Origin: Octopus sinensis
Taxonomy: Eukaryota
Length of the DNA: 64,000 nucleotides
Direction of reading: 5' to 3'
NCBI RefSeq assembly: GCF_006345805.1
Contig: NC_043026.1
Coordinates: 1,488,001 to 1,552,000 of the forward strand
In this document: piece by piece, positions 1 through 11,600 of the stretch
How positions within the stretch are numbered: the stretch's first letter is position 1
How the letters are laid out: every line of letters begins with the position of its first letter
Notes under the pieces: generated by a model
The model's database searches: none
Seen by the model: the letters and a program-made list of their open reading frames with translations, nothing else
Told to the model about the DNA's origin: nothing
Position numbers and translations under genes: made by a program

Positions 1-50
1 GTGACCCAACATGGCCACAGTCCAAAGACTAAAACAAGTAAAAGATAAAA
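1..50 (+). repeat. 3' tail of the abundant tRNA-derived SINE family
   Basis: CCCAACATGGCCACAGTC...GACTAAAACAAGTAAAAGATAAAA matches SINE tails at ~12440, 22440, 30420 and 40660. Confidence 0.75.
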
Positions 51-139
51 GATGCTTGAAAATTATGAAGTAAATATCTTCTTCAGATTTGAATATTTTC
101 AGGAAAATAAATGTTGTTTTTGTTCATATTTCATTATAG

Positions 140-2193
140 ATCTGCTTGACATGTCTTCTCAGGTGCAGAAAGACAGACAGAATACCAAAAAACATTTTTT
201 CCGGTGTGCTAACGATTCTGCCAGCTTGTCACCAAGTATGAATCTAACATTAAAGGAAGAGGAAGACAGCTTCAAGATGCCATCATTCAAAATGAAAACA
301 GCTTTAACAGATTATTATAACAAATATAAAGATGAAAATGAAACGATGACAGAGGAAGTTTCAAAAAATTGCAGAAGCAAAAGCCATAATAAAGGTGACC
401 AGACAAAGCAGGAAATAGTTAAAGTACCAAGTATTTTGTCCAAAATTGGACACAAACTAATAATGAAAGAATATGCAAACAATTTGAAAATGCTGAAAAT
501 CAAAAAGAATGAATTTTGTATTTACTTAGAAAGTGAAGGACTAAATACAGAACTTTTTAAGCAAGATTTTAAACACACAATAAACAGATTGTTTAAAACC
601 AATTCTGATGATTCTATTGTTCAGAAAGAAGTTGCCTCTTTTCTTGAACAATGTTTTAACTTATACACAAACGGCAATTCTTTCTTTTACAAGAACATTG
701 CCATGCAAAAGCCATTGGAAAAGTTTCGTCCACTCTCACCGGCTGTGCCCAGAACATTAAATTTCAGTGCTTCAGATAAAGATTCTCCAAACACAATTTC
801 AAATATCATCAGAATCGAAGGTGGAATAGCGACTTATTCACGACATTTAATGACTTTATCTTGTTTCACAACAGACGGTGACTGCAATGTTGTTCATAGT
901 CCTTCTCCAGTCACGGATCTTACCAGAGTTGATAAACAAACTGTTATGGCAACAATCCCATTCAGGAAAAAAATTATCTTTATCAATCCTTCTAGTTGTC
1001 AAATGAAAACTTTTCATTGTGGCTTTAACAAAATTACTTTTGTGAAAAATTGTACCTTTTTAGGTATCAAATTGTTTAGTAAAATAATATACCTCGTAGA
1101 CTGGGTTCATAATACAGTTGAAAGCATATTTAGTCTGAAAGACGACCCTGCAAATATCGCCGTAGGAACAAATGATAGCGTGTTAATAACATTTGCCAAT
1201 ATAAATAGAATTGTTTGTTATAATTTTGAAGGTCAACAGTTATTTCAGTTATATAGCCATTCTCTCACTTCTCCAACTGACCTCACTGTTTATGGCAACT
1301 TTTTTTATGTCCTCCAAGGAAAGATCATTTATAAGATTTCATCACAGAGAGAAATTGCGATAAAAGCTCAATATTTTTCTGTAGGCACCAAAAATATTTT
1401 CTTTTCTGATTATTTCGGTGTTGGACATGTTGTTGAGAGAAATAAAGACTTTTGGCCAAGGTTAACTTGCTCACAGCAGAAACAAACCCCTGTTTTGAAC
1501 AATCAAATTTACATTGATGACCCCTACCATATTAAAAAGATTCTGCCCATGACAAGCTCTTCTGTGTTAGTTACTTATTGGAATCTGAAAGCTATATTAT
1601 TTACTGATAATGGAACAAAAATTTGGAGAAAATCCTTAACTTTCCAGTTTCAACCTACTGACTTTTGTAGATTGGACTCAAGCTCATTTCTTGTTCTGTT
1701 TAAAGAAAACAGGAAAATTCAATATATTACATGCCTTGTTGATTGTCCAGTACTAAACCAAGGCCCCTTGATAGACATCCATGCTCATTACATTCAAATC
1801 TGTCATATAGTATCCAATAAGTTTTTGGCTCTAACCACTGAGGAAAACAAAGAGGTACATATTCTGTTGGTTAAGGAGGATAAAGTTGTTATTGAAAATA
1901 GAATTTCATTAGAACATTGTGATGTCAGCATTGCTGCAACTCCAATCAATTTTGTTGTTGTAATGAAGAAAGAACATAAACTGGTATTTTATTCAATTGA
2001 CTGCAAAGAGCTTTTCGAAAGGCATCTTGATTTCAATGGCTACCCTCATCATATCTACTCCAATAAAATTTACTTCTATGTTATCTACAGTAGAGAGTCA
2101 ATTATGATATATATGGAGAAGTTAAATGGAGGTTGCAACTTCCTTCAGCTACTGTCTCAACTATTGGAGTTGTCAAAGGAACTATTTGTGTAG
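140..2193 (+). CDS. 5' part of a giant terminal exon: uncharacterised multi-beta-propeller (NHL/TolB-like) protein, modules 1-2
   Basis: Stop-free 713-codon frame. Plausible acceptor ttcattatAG at 138-139 (phase 1). Blade-like motifs include PANIAVGTNDSVLITFANINRIVCYNFEG, SPTDLTVYGNFFYV and QPTDFCRLDSSSFLV. Sequence after ~2100 is out-of-frame run-on. Confidence 0.7.
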
Positions 2194-5100
2194 TGGACTG
2201 TAACCTCCACAGGATCCTTTTTTACAATTATCGTGAAGGGTCATATTGTCGTCTACACTCAAGAAGTCCTTATATCAGAAATCTAAATATAAAATATAGT
2301 GCTGTTGATGAAAATGAGAAAATTCTCATCTCTCAAATATATCATCTGCTGAACAGACAGCTGGTTGTGTCTGATATAAATAGCGATTGTTTGTTATATA
2401 TTTCTAAAAAAGGACAGGTTGTGCATACATTCTCTCTGCCATCCTTAGCTACAGATATATGTCGATGGGATAGTAGCCACATGGGAGTGACATTACCACT
2501 TGAGAAAGAATTATGGATTATTGGAAATATATCAAAACGAGTTAGAATTATATCATTAAACCATTCTTATGTAAAGGCCTGCAAACTCAGTGACGGTCGA
2601 ATTATTTGCTTTTGTGATAAACCATATCATTTAGACATTGTATCAGTTCAAAAACACAATGAAGGGGAAGTAATTTCTACAGTCAATATTCCCTTTTTCA
2701 TAAAATCATTAACAATAGAAAATGAATCACTAAATCTATTAATTGTTGCTAAGAAGAATATATTTGTGTACAATACTTCATCAAAAGTAGGATTCAGTCC
2801 CTTACACTCCTCTTTCAAAGCTCAACATTCTCTGTATGGTGGATGTATTGATAAAAAATTCATTTATCTGATCGATGAAAGCCATATGTTTGCTATAAAC
2901 AACCATGATTTAGTTGTGAAAGATTACGTTACAAATAATCAGCTGAATATGCAGCTTGACTTATTAGATGTTTTCTCCAGAAAGATTTGTGTCAGTGAAA
3001 TGTTGACTTCTGCATTGTATCTAGAGGATCTGACAGTTTCCGATAAAGCACAAGAATTTTTGATCCCTCTTTGTTTGGGAGACAAAAAGCCAGTGGCTGC
3101 TGATTGTTCAGTTATTACTGAAAATAACTTAATTGCTGTATACGACAGAAATAATAATAGCATTAAGTTAGTAACTTTTGATGGTCAACTTCTTCACTCA
3201 ATCCAACTGGACGTTCTCGTTCATCATATGTGTCGCTGGAAGTCAAACACACTGGTTATTACAACTGATAGAAACCAACTTTTAACATTAAAGACAGATT
3301 TTCCATTGTCCTTTTCAACTTACAACACAAAAAAATGTTATAATTGTATTGCTTCTTTGTCAAACAATCTATTTGTTTGTGACCATGGTATTGAGAGATT
3401 TGAGAAATATATTCTGTCTGTGATCCATATCAATGAAAGACAGTCAACCGTTGAAATAAAGAAAGAAATAGACTTAAGTGGGATCAAATCCTACAGTGAC
3501 TTCTCACATATTACAGTTATTGCTAATGACATCATTGTTGTCTGTGGGGATGCATTTACTTATTTTCTAAACTCCAATGGAGAATGTTTACATTCATTTA
3601 ATCACCTTTTTCCATATAACTGTATGACAAATGATGGTATTTATGTGTACATTCCTATGTGGAATGCCACCAGTTCAGATACACGTGTTGTCTGTTTGTC
3701 GCAGACCGGTGAATACAAGAAAATATTTTTGAATAAAAAACGTTCTACACACAAATTCTATTTCAACAGTATTAACTGTAATGGTCCAAGGTTTGCTGAA
3801 AATAACGAAACATCTTTATACATTGAAGGCTTGTTCACACTTAATCGAGAAAAATTCCATGTTTGTCGACTACAAACTGACCTCTGTTCTGTTCAGATAA
3901 AAGATATTGACCTCTCTGTTGATGGTGAGACAGTTGTAATTGAAAAATCCAATCCTGGTAATGTTAAAATGTTTCAGAGAAATGGGAGGCTGTTATGCCA
4001 CAGAAATCTTGGAACAACACTCGGTGGTGTGTGCTTCTCAGAAAAATATATCATGGTCACAGCCCCGGACAGAGAAGAAATATTTCAACTGAATCAAGAT
4101 TTGACAATGCATAAGATTTGGCAAAGTCTTGTACCTTACGGTGTAATATGGAGGAAAGTGAAAAACATCTACTGGTGTGCACATATTAACTTGACTGAAT
4201 ATCATGCAATACAGATAGACAACAACAAACTGAATGTTCTGGAAAGTTTGTCGTTATTGAAGTTTGGTTCTATTCTTCATTTCCCTTCCAGTGAAGTTCG
4301 AGCAGATAATAAAAAATTCAGTGATGAACAAAATAAGGAATTGGAAAACAGTGAATCAGGAGGCGCATCAGAGGAAATAATTTACGATGGTAGACTAAAG
4401 GTGAGATGTGGCAATTACATGGCATATAGTATGTCAGGAAGTGATCAAGTAGCAGTGAGGAGTCTGCCTCATAGAACAACGATGTTTTCTCTTCCCTTAA
4501 CTACATTTGGAGAAGAGGAATATGGAATGTACAAATATATTAAGCCAGTTGTATTACAAAACAATACTGTTGTGTTCTTATTTAAAAATACTCTTACAGT
4601 GACCACTACAGAAGGTCACGTAATTCAGCAGAGAAAAATAAATAAAATCCCACAGGACATATGTTGTTGGTCAGCAGAATGTTTTGTAGTTGTCTTTCAT
4701 GAGGAGAAACAATTAATGTTCTTCAAAGAAGATCTGTCTCTTTTAAAAACCATCAACACTAAGGGAAACTACAACATGATTTATAAAAAGAATGAAAATC
4801 AACTGGTGTGTGCATGTGATGTTAAATCATGTGGAATTAACTCCTATGTAGATGTGCTTAACATCAATGATGAAACTTATGATTACAGTCAGAGAATTAT
4901 TATTGAAGACAAAGCTATCTCAGCAATTGGTGTCACATCAAGTGAAGACATTATTGTTATCAAAGATGAGAAAGTTCAATGTGTTGTTTGTTGGTACAGA
5001 GGAGGAGGTGATTTAGTTCGGAGTTTAACACTACCATTACTAAAACTACCATTTCAAGGCATTTCTGAACGGCCACTGACCATACAGGGTGAAAATGTTT

Positions 5101-5282
5101 TCATAGCTGATTTAAACAAAGATATTTATCAAGTTTCTTTATTCAGTGACTGCCAAACTTTACTCAGTTCTGATGATATTGAGGTTCGCTATGTCATGGC
5201 CTTATTTGCTTCAAACAATTTTCTTGTAGTTATTGGAGCTCTTGGAGATAACACTTGCTGTTTCTTTAATTATGAGAGATAA
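2094..5282 (+). CDS. 3' part of the same multi-beta-propeller protein (end of module 2 and modules 3-6), in a shifted frame
   Basis: The frame opens after TAG 2091-2093 and reads NYDIYGEVKWRLQLPS..., then runs ~1,060 codons to TAA 5280-5282. Repeated motifs: TDICRWDSSH, HHMCRWKSNT, GGVCFSEKYI, QDICCWSAEC. Confidence 0.75.
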   Translation, partial: RVNYDIYGEVKWRLQLPSATVSTIGVVKGTICVVDCNLHRILFYNYREGSYCRLHSRSPYIRNLNIKYSAVDENEKILISQIYHLLNRQLVVSDINSDCLLYISKKGQVVHTFSLPSLATDICRWDSSHMGVTLPLEKELWIIGNISKRVRIISLNHSYVKACKLSDGRIICFCDKPYHLDIVSVQKHNEGEVISTVNIPFFIKSLTIENESLNLLIVAKKNIFVYNTSSKVGFSPLHSSFKAQHSLYGGCIDKKFIYLIDESHMFAINNHDLVVKDYVTNNQLNMQLDLLDVFSRKICVSEMLTSALYLEDLTVSDKAQEFLIPLCLGDKKPVAADCSVITENNLIAVYDRNNNSIKLVTFDGQLLHSIQLDVLVHHMCRWKSNTLVITTDRNQLLTLKTDFPLSFSTYNTKKCYNCIASLSNNLFVCDHGIERFEKYILSVIHINERQSTVEIKKEIDLSGIKSYSDFSHITVIANDIIVVCGDAFTYFLNSNGECLHSFNHLFPYNCMTNDGIYVYIPMWNATSSDTRVVCLSQTGEYKKIFLNKKRSTHKFYFNSINCNGPRFAENNETSLYIEGLFTLNREKFHVCRLQTDLCSVQIKDIDLSVDGETVVIEKSNPGNVKMFQRNGRLLCHRNLGTTLGGVCFSEKYIMVTAPDREEIFQLNQDLTMHKIWQSLVPYGVIWRKVKNIYWCAHINLTEYHAIQIDNNKLNVLESLSLLKFGSILHFPSSEVRADNKKFSDEQNKELENSESGGASEEIIYDGRLKVRCGNYMAYSMSGSDQVAVRSLPHRTTMFSLPLTTFGEEEYGMYKYIKPVVLQNNTVVFLFKNTLTVTTTEGHVIQQRKINKIPQDICCWSAECFVVVFHEEKQLMFFKEDLSLLKTINTKGNYNMIYKKNENQLVCACDVKSCGINSYVDVLNINDETYDYSQRIIIEDKAISAIGVTSSEDIIVIKDEKVQCVVCWYRGGGDLVRSLTLPLLKLPFQGISERPLTIQGENVFIADLNKDIYQVSLFSDCQTLLSSDDIEVRYVMALFASNNFLVVIGALGDNTCCFFNYER

Positions 5283-5336
5283 GTTTTGCAGCTGGGCTGA
5301 AAAAACTAAGAATGTGAGCATCTAATCAAAAAGTCT

Positions 5337-5342
5337 AATAAA
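5337..5342 (+). promoter_or_regulatory. candidate polyadenylation signal
   Basis: AATAAA 55 nt after the stop codon at 5282. Confidence 0.4.
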
Positions 5343-6475
5343 TTGGAATTACATTTAAGAATTTCAAGTGTTTCTTCTCAGCACAAACATATATCATAAT
5401 CAGCAGAACTCTTCTACCACTAATCACTCCTAATTATTTATGTAAGAGACCTGATAAAGATTCTGATACCATTCTCCTTCTAGTTTCAATGCCAATAGGC
5501 ACAGACTGATATAGAATGGAAACTGAAGTGTGTTAGTCCAGTCACTAATGGACTATGTTTAAATCTGTTCTATGTTTAATTCTCCGATGATTAAAATAAG
5601 ACTCAGTCATTTCTCAATCTCTAACAAAATTATTTTACAGGATACATACAAATACAGAAGAAATACTGAGAAAATGTTAAAACTGTGTAGAATTCTTATA
5701 TAAATATCATTCAACTACGGCAGGAGTTGACTGATATTCTTAACGTAGCTTTTTTTGTCGCAGTCTCACTAATTCTGTTTTAATCAAAATCAGATTTTGT
5801 TTTTTTAATTATGCTTGACTACTGATAAGCTTACATTTAGACATAAAATACTTAAAAACTGGTGCGTAGAACAAAAGTTAAGAGAAAAATGTATAGACCA
5901 AACTGGTTGACTGATGGGTAGTAACGCCCGGCATCGACACTCTTTTAATCGCCATTATTTTAATTTTGATTAAGAATTAGTATATTGATATTGATATGAA
6001 AGAGAAATGTTAAAGGAATATATTGGTAAAGGTTTCGTAAAATTTTATCCATTAGAAAAAAATTTAATTTAATTTTAATTCTCAAATTTTTATCAATTTT
6101 TTTGATTTTACTATGAGCTGTACTGAATCATGTAGCAGGGCAGATAATAAAAATAAAATTATTTTAACTCTCAATTTTCACTGTTTTTAAATTTTCAAAC
6201 ATGGAGTTAATTATTTGCATGCTAAATATGACTTTATTTATAATCTATTTATTAATTTTATAGTAAATATGATTAAAATTTGTATTGCTTTCACAGTGTT
6301 TACCATTTTACAAAATTAAACTAGAAAACTAGACAAAACAGAGAACATAATTGAAAAAATTATAAAGGAAAAGAGAGAGAGAGAAAAAATGAAAAAGAAA
6401 AAAGGAAAACAAAAAAGAAAACAATTCACCACCTTGGGTTGAAAAGTTGGGGACATTGGGAAACCTTTCTAATGG

Positions 6476-6825
6476 CTATTGATTGAGACACGCCAGCACA
6501 CTTGCAGCATTGCCATGGGTGATGGCAAGGCTGATGCGCTGGAACAGCCAAGCACCCTCATGAGCCTCACCAGTTACCTCTGCAAGATAAGTTGCCAGTG
6601 AAGTCAGGAATCTCACAGTAAGTGGTCAAACCCCACCAAACGTCTCGAATGGACGGAAAATGAAGTATTTCAAGATTTCGTTCCCTGACCGCAGCATCAG
6701 GGATGTGAGAAGAAGCAAAGCAATCACTAATTGTGACATCCTAGACAAGGCATCTGCCTTGCGACCAGGGGCACAGGGTGAGGCTGTCAGGTCTCTTCCC
6801 ATCACATCTGGACAATCCAGATACT
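6476..6825 (-). mobile_element. CRE-clade non-LTR retrotransposon fragment (C-terminal restriction-like endonuclease)
   Basis: Minus strand reads SGLSRCDGKRPDSLTLCPWSQGRCLV*DVT... then FETFGG...LAEVTGEAHEGAWLFQRISLAITHGNAASVLA*. These match CRE RLE motifs (DGKRPDG, QRISIAIQRGNA). Confidence 0.75.
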
Positions 6826-7225
6826 TACTGAACTCTGCATATTAAAAGACTATGTCTCATACTCACACATTGAAAATACACGCATATACATGAATACGCA
6901 CACAATGAAAGACAGCGAAAATTCAACACTGTAAAAAGCCTCCCAAAACTGTTGTGGCAGAAGTCAACATCTCTGAGATTGAAACAAGACACTTATTGAA
7001 AGTGAAACAAAACACTTATTTACGGCCGTAAATAGACTACACCCAGCAGCACAGAAAGGGAAATCTATGTAGGTTAGGTTTCACGAAGAAGTTGAACCAT
7101 TTCTCTTGTGAAACAATACTGATGTAAGAAGGTCGAACCTTACGTTATAACAAACACTAAGCAAAACCTGTAATATATGCTCTTTAATATATTATTTTTT
7201 TTAATGTTTTAAAATGTTACTTAGC

Positions 7226-9610
7226 TCATTTATAAATTAATTCAATTCTTCGATCTTTCTGGGCAAATACATCTATCACATTTTCATAGAAATCTTCTCT
7301 TTTCATCAATTCTTGTAATAAATCTTTTTCAATTGACATTAGTGCTAACCCAGACAGTCTTCTTTCTCCTGTCGCATTTCTTTGGTATGTTTTAATTCTA
7401 CTTAATGCAGAAAAGGATCGCTCTACAGAAGCAGTGGTAGACGGAATTGTCAAAATCAACTTGCACAGATTGAAGAGTTCTGGCATAGCTTCAACAAGAT
7501 CACTGCTGTTAATGTAACTCATTAAATGACTTACACTTGGTTTTTTAAAATCTTTCATTGAATACATCACATTGAGCTCACTTTGTAATCGTATTACATC
7601 AAAAAATCTGCCATAAGTTGTTCTTAAAGAATCTAAAGAGTCCACAGGAAATTGTTTGCAATACTCATCAACTTTGTTGAAATTCAAAAGTTCCATGAAT
7701 TTAAACTCTTCTAAGGATGAATATCATGCTTTTATTTGGTCAACTATTGTACTGATAATTTTGTTATAAAGTATTCTATAATGTCGTTGGGGCTCAATAG
7801 ATATATCCTTGGATCACTGAATTCCGATTCCTGCATCGACTCCATATTTTTCCCCTAACCTATCATAAAAGACTGAAAAATTATCAAGTTTGATTTCGAG
7901 TACAGTTCTAGTTTTATCTATTTGCTGTTTACAATACACTATGTCATGACTTTTACTCTGGAGTATGTTAAATAAGACGTCAGTAAAAGAAAAAATGTCA
8001 CTGAATACTTCTAACAAAAATAAGATATCAGGAGCTTTTAGGTATTACTTGAGAACAGTGGTCCTTGTGTGCGCACTCGAGTACTTGTGCATCCGTGCTA
8101 TCTAGTCGTGACTAGTCAATCCTACAACGACTACCTAGCAAAGTAAATAAAACACAAAATAAATAATTTTTTTACACAAAGTAAATAAAACACAAAGTAA
8201 ATAATTTTTTAAACAAAGTAAATAACACACAAAAACACAAAGTAAGGATCGACTAGTCATGACTAGTTGGCGCAAATGCATGAGTACATGAGTGCACGCA
8301 CCAGGACCACTGTTCTCAAGTCGTACCGAGCTTTTAAAGTAAGAATCCAATTGCTGAATTTATGGTGGTATCATCCCATGCTTCAGGGTTTTCAATGATG
8401 TGTTCAAAAAGGCTGATTATGAAATTATAATTTTCCTTTGTGGTAATAATAAGACGTGAGGAGTAATTCCATCTAGTTGCTTTCGGAAATCTTTTTTTAA
8501 CAATGTTATCTAATGCATTAACCCTTTTCGGTGGTTTTGCAAAAAATGTACCGAGTCCATTCATTGTAGAAAAAAAATATCTTGCATTCTTTCATAGCAG
8601 AGCATGATTGGGAAAGAACTAAATTTAGGATATGGGCATAACAATGAATAAAGATCGCACATTCATGTTTCTTTCTTACTTTTGCCTGTAACCCATTTAG
8701 TTGTCCTGCCATTGTAGCGGCACCATCATATATCTGTGCAATCAATTTGTTTCCACATTCCCACGTCTCAATGCATTTAAAAACATGTTCAGATAAAGCA
8801 TTTGCAGATCGATCTGCACTAACATCACTAAAACTGATAAATCGTTCTTTCGTCACACAGTCTTCGTGAAACATAACGTAAGACAGTTGTGAAGATGCTG
8901 AGACATCAGATGTCTCATCAACAAGAAGAGAAACAAACTTAGCTTGGTCAATTTCCTTCTGCATCTCATTCAACATAACTTTATGTATTGCTTCGTACCG
9001 TTTGAATTCTGTTTGACAGACTGGTGAAGATAGAAGCTGTATCTAGATGACTTTCCATTTTTTTGTCATATTTACTGATTAAATATACAAGTTCTTTATA
9101 ATTTCCACGATTATTAGAGCCTTCAGATTCAAAATGACCCCGAAACAATAATTCCTGGAGGCCTAAAAAAATAACAACATCGATCAATCGTTGCAGATAA
9201 CTTTCTCATTATGATGTTGTATGCTTTGATTTTTACATGCATCTAATTGTAAGTCTATGTGAACATTCACGAAAATTTTAAGATCTATCAAACATTTTAT
9301 ATGCCTTTGAGAACGCTCGTGCTTTAGCATAGCCATATGTAAATTATTTAAATCATCATAGCCTTTATCATTCCAAACATTCTTTTCTAAGTCAAAAAGT
9401 AAACAAGGCCAACAGAATAATTTATTAAGTGTAGCACTTCTAGTTAACCATATTTTCTTTTCATACAAATTAACCTGAAATTGTCTCGTGAATTTCTTGT
9501 TGTAGCCTCACAAATTAGGTAAATTCAGTGTTAGTCTCCCACCATTTATAATTATTTTCCATCGAAGTCTCTTTTCAAAAAACTATTTCTCAAAATATCA
9601 TTTATAACAC
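7226..9610 (-). mobile_element. decayed hAT transposase (ZMYM1-like; DUF4371 and hATC dimerisation regions)
   Basis: Colinear fragments LFCWPCLLF, LFRGHFES..NRGNY, VDETSD, YDGAATMAG, FIHCYAHILNL, TRW and TIPSTTASVERSFSAL, with many frameshifts and stops. Confidence 0.9.
8041..8327. mobile_element. 287-bp MITE with ~75-bp imperfect TIRs and a 9-bp TSD (Merlin- or Mutator-like)
   Basis: Ends GGTATTACTTGAGAACAGTGGTCC...GGACCACTGTTCTCAAGTCGTACC. TSD GAGCTTTTA at 8032-8040 and 8328-8336. Internal CACAAAGTAAATAA repeats. Confidence 0.85.
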
Positions 9611-10097
9611 ATATTTCACTCGTTTCGAAAAAGGCTGCTCTTATATAAGAACCCACGTGGAAGCACCGGCGTAAATTGTAAGTCAATTTCAGCAAAATGG
9701 GAAAATAACCTTAGTTAAATTAATTTAAGATTAATTAGCTACTTCTGAAATAAGAAATATAATATAGATTATATTTTTGTTTTCAGAACACTTGAAAAAT
9801 ATAATAGTGCAAACAGATGTTTTGGATAAAAAAAATTCAAACTTACCACCAGGCTATTCCAACATTTCAGCTTGCTAACTCAAGAATTATGGGATTGCTC
9901 TTGTTCCCGTCAGAAATTTTGCCTTTGTTAGTAATTTTTTCAAGTTTTTAGGCTGTCTTTTACTAAGAACCATAGCTCGATCCGTGATTATGTCTTTGGG
10001 CAATGATTGGTAGGTTTGCTTTGGCAATGTTGAAGATATTCTGGTGACATGGGTTGTGTGTCACTATGAATGGTATGACCCCTATATATATATATAG

Positions 10098-10418
10098 GGG
10101 TAAAATATGAAAAATCAACGAAAATGCATATTGCAAATAGAAAAAGGCTATTTATGACAGGTAGCGACAAATATATACATGTAGATTGACATACGAGTCA
10201 TAAAAGTCATTATTATGAGATGATTATAAGATGATAATAAAGTAAGAGAACAAAACGAACCAATGATTTATGCAAAGCTATTCATTGTCATAATAATGAC
10301 CTTTATGACTCGTTTTACTACCTCAGTCCATCTAAATGTATATATTTGTTGTTACTTGTCAAAAACAGCCTTTTTCTATTTGCAATATGCAATTTCGTTG
10401 ATTTTTCATATTTTACCC
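10098..10418. repeat. foldback (long inverted repeat) element beside (TA)n; second copy at 12878-13198
   Basis: GGGTAAAATATGAAAAATCAACGAAAATGCATATTGCAAATAGAAAAAGGCT pairs with AGCCTTTTTCTATTTGCAATATGCAATTTCGTTGATTTTTCATATTTTACCC. Arms are ~120 bp. Confidence 0.8.
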
Positions 10419-10475
10419 TTACATTTCCACGTGTATTTTATATTTTCTTTTCGTAACATATTTCTACTATAAATA

Positions 10476-10507
<32 letters not shown>

Positions 10508-10531
10508 CATATATACATATATATATATATG

Positions 10532-10571
<40 letters not shown>

Positions 10572-10646
10572 TATATGTTATATATATATGTATGTATGTA
10601 TATATATATATGTATATATATGTATTTATATATATGTGTGTGTGTG

Positions 10647-10721
<75 letters not shown>

Positions 10722-10789
10722 GTGTGTGTATATATATGTGTGTATATTTACTTTTACTTTACAGTGTATATATATACTTTACTTTTACA

Positions 10790-11600
10790 GGTTTCAGCCA
10801 GAGGGTGTGGCCATGCTAGAGGACCCCCTTCAGTGTAATTGGTTTATATTTCACACTCATTTACTAAATCTCTCTCTCTCTCTCTCTCTCTGGAACTGTG
10901 AAGTAGTGAGTTAGACAGAGCTACGCTTCTTTGAGTTTTTTTGACATGATGCAGGTTCATCTGGTCGCTCAGATAAAAAATTTGGCCAGAAGTTCTTTGA
11001 ATATATCTCTGATGTTGTTTGGCCATGTTGACAAGTTGCAGATTCTTGAAATCTAACTTGTTCCTGCACTGGGTCTTTACTCAAGCCAGAAAGAATAAGA
11101 TCTTTAGTACTATGCAGTGGCATCTAGTTCAGTGCTTAGCGTAGCTTTCATTTTCATAGTTGGGAGATCGACCTTCCAGGATCTTCCAAATGTTTACCAC
11201 TGCATACCTTTCACAGCCTTCTCTCTAGAGCTCAGTTCTTTTATCCTCTGCAAGAACCACATCTGCCATGCTGAGTCAATCTCTTTGTGTTGCAGCATTG
11301 GATTGCCTCAAATTCCATTGTTTGATGCTTAGTAGTAACCACAGTTAGGAGCGGTAATCCAAGCAACTGAAAAGAAATGTTCTCCATAGGAGTAGCATGG
11401 TATCCTTTTTCCCTTTTTCTCAATGATCACAGAATTCACCCAGCTACTTGCCTACACAGTGTCACCATCCTAGTGATAAGTATACAGAATGATGCACCAT
11501 TACTCATAGATTCCTAGATCATGCTCCAACTCTGACTCATGGATGCTACTAGCCTCTGGCCCTGTATATTTTGATTGCAGCCTATTTTGGGCTGCAAGTT
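10790..11600 (-). mobile_element. old CR1-like LINE 3' fragment (duplicated at ~13590-14390)
   Basis: Minus-strand remnants (TMLLLWRTF, EAIQCCNTKKI, TGGAAGATCCTGGAAGG) align with the LINE at 43266-44640. It carries the same CATGGCCACA...CTGAAAC tail. Confidence 0.65.

Noticed and set aside
52-139. ATG at 52 as the start of the 713-aa ORF
   Set aside because: It abuts a SINE tail and reads through T-rich intron-like sequence ending in an AG acceptor at 138-139. It is more likely intron.
2085-2135. Programmed ribosomal frameshift or editing-based recoding
   Set aside because: No X XXY YYZ slippery site or obvious downstream structure. A-to-I editing cannot change frame, and residues seem to be missing.
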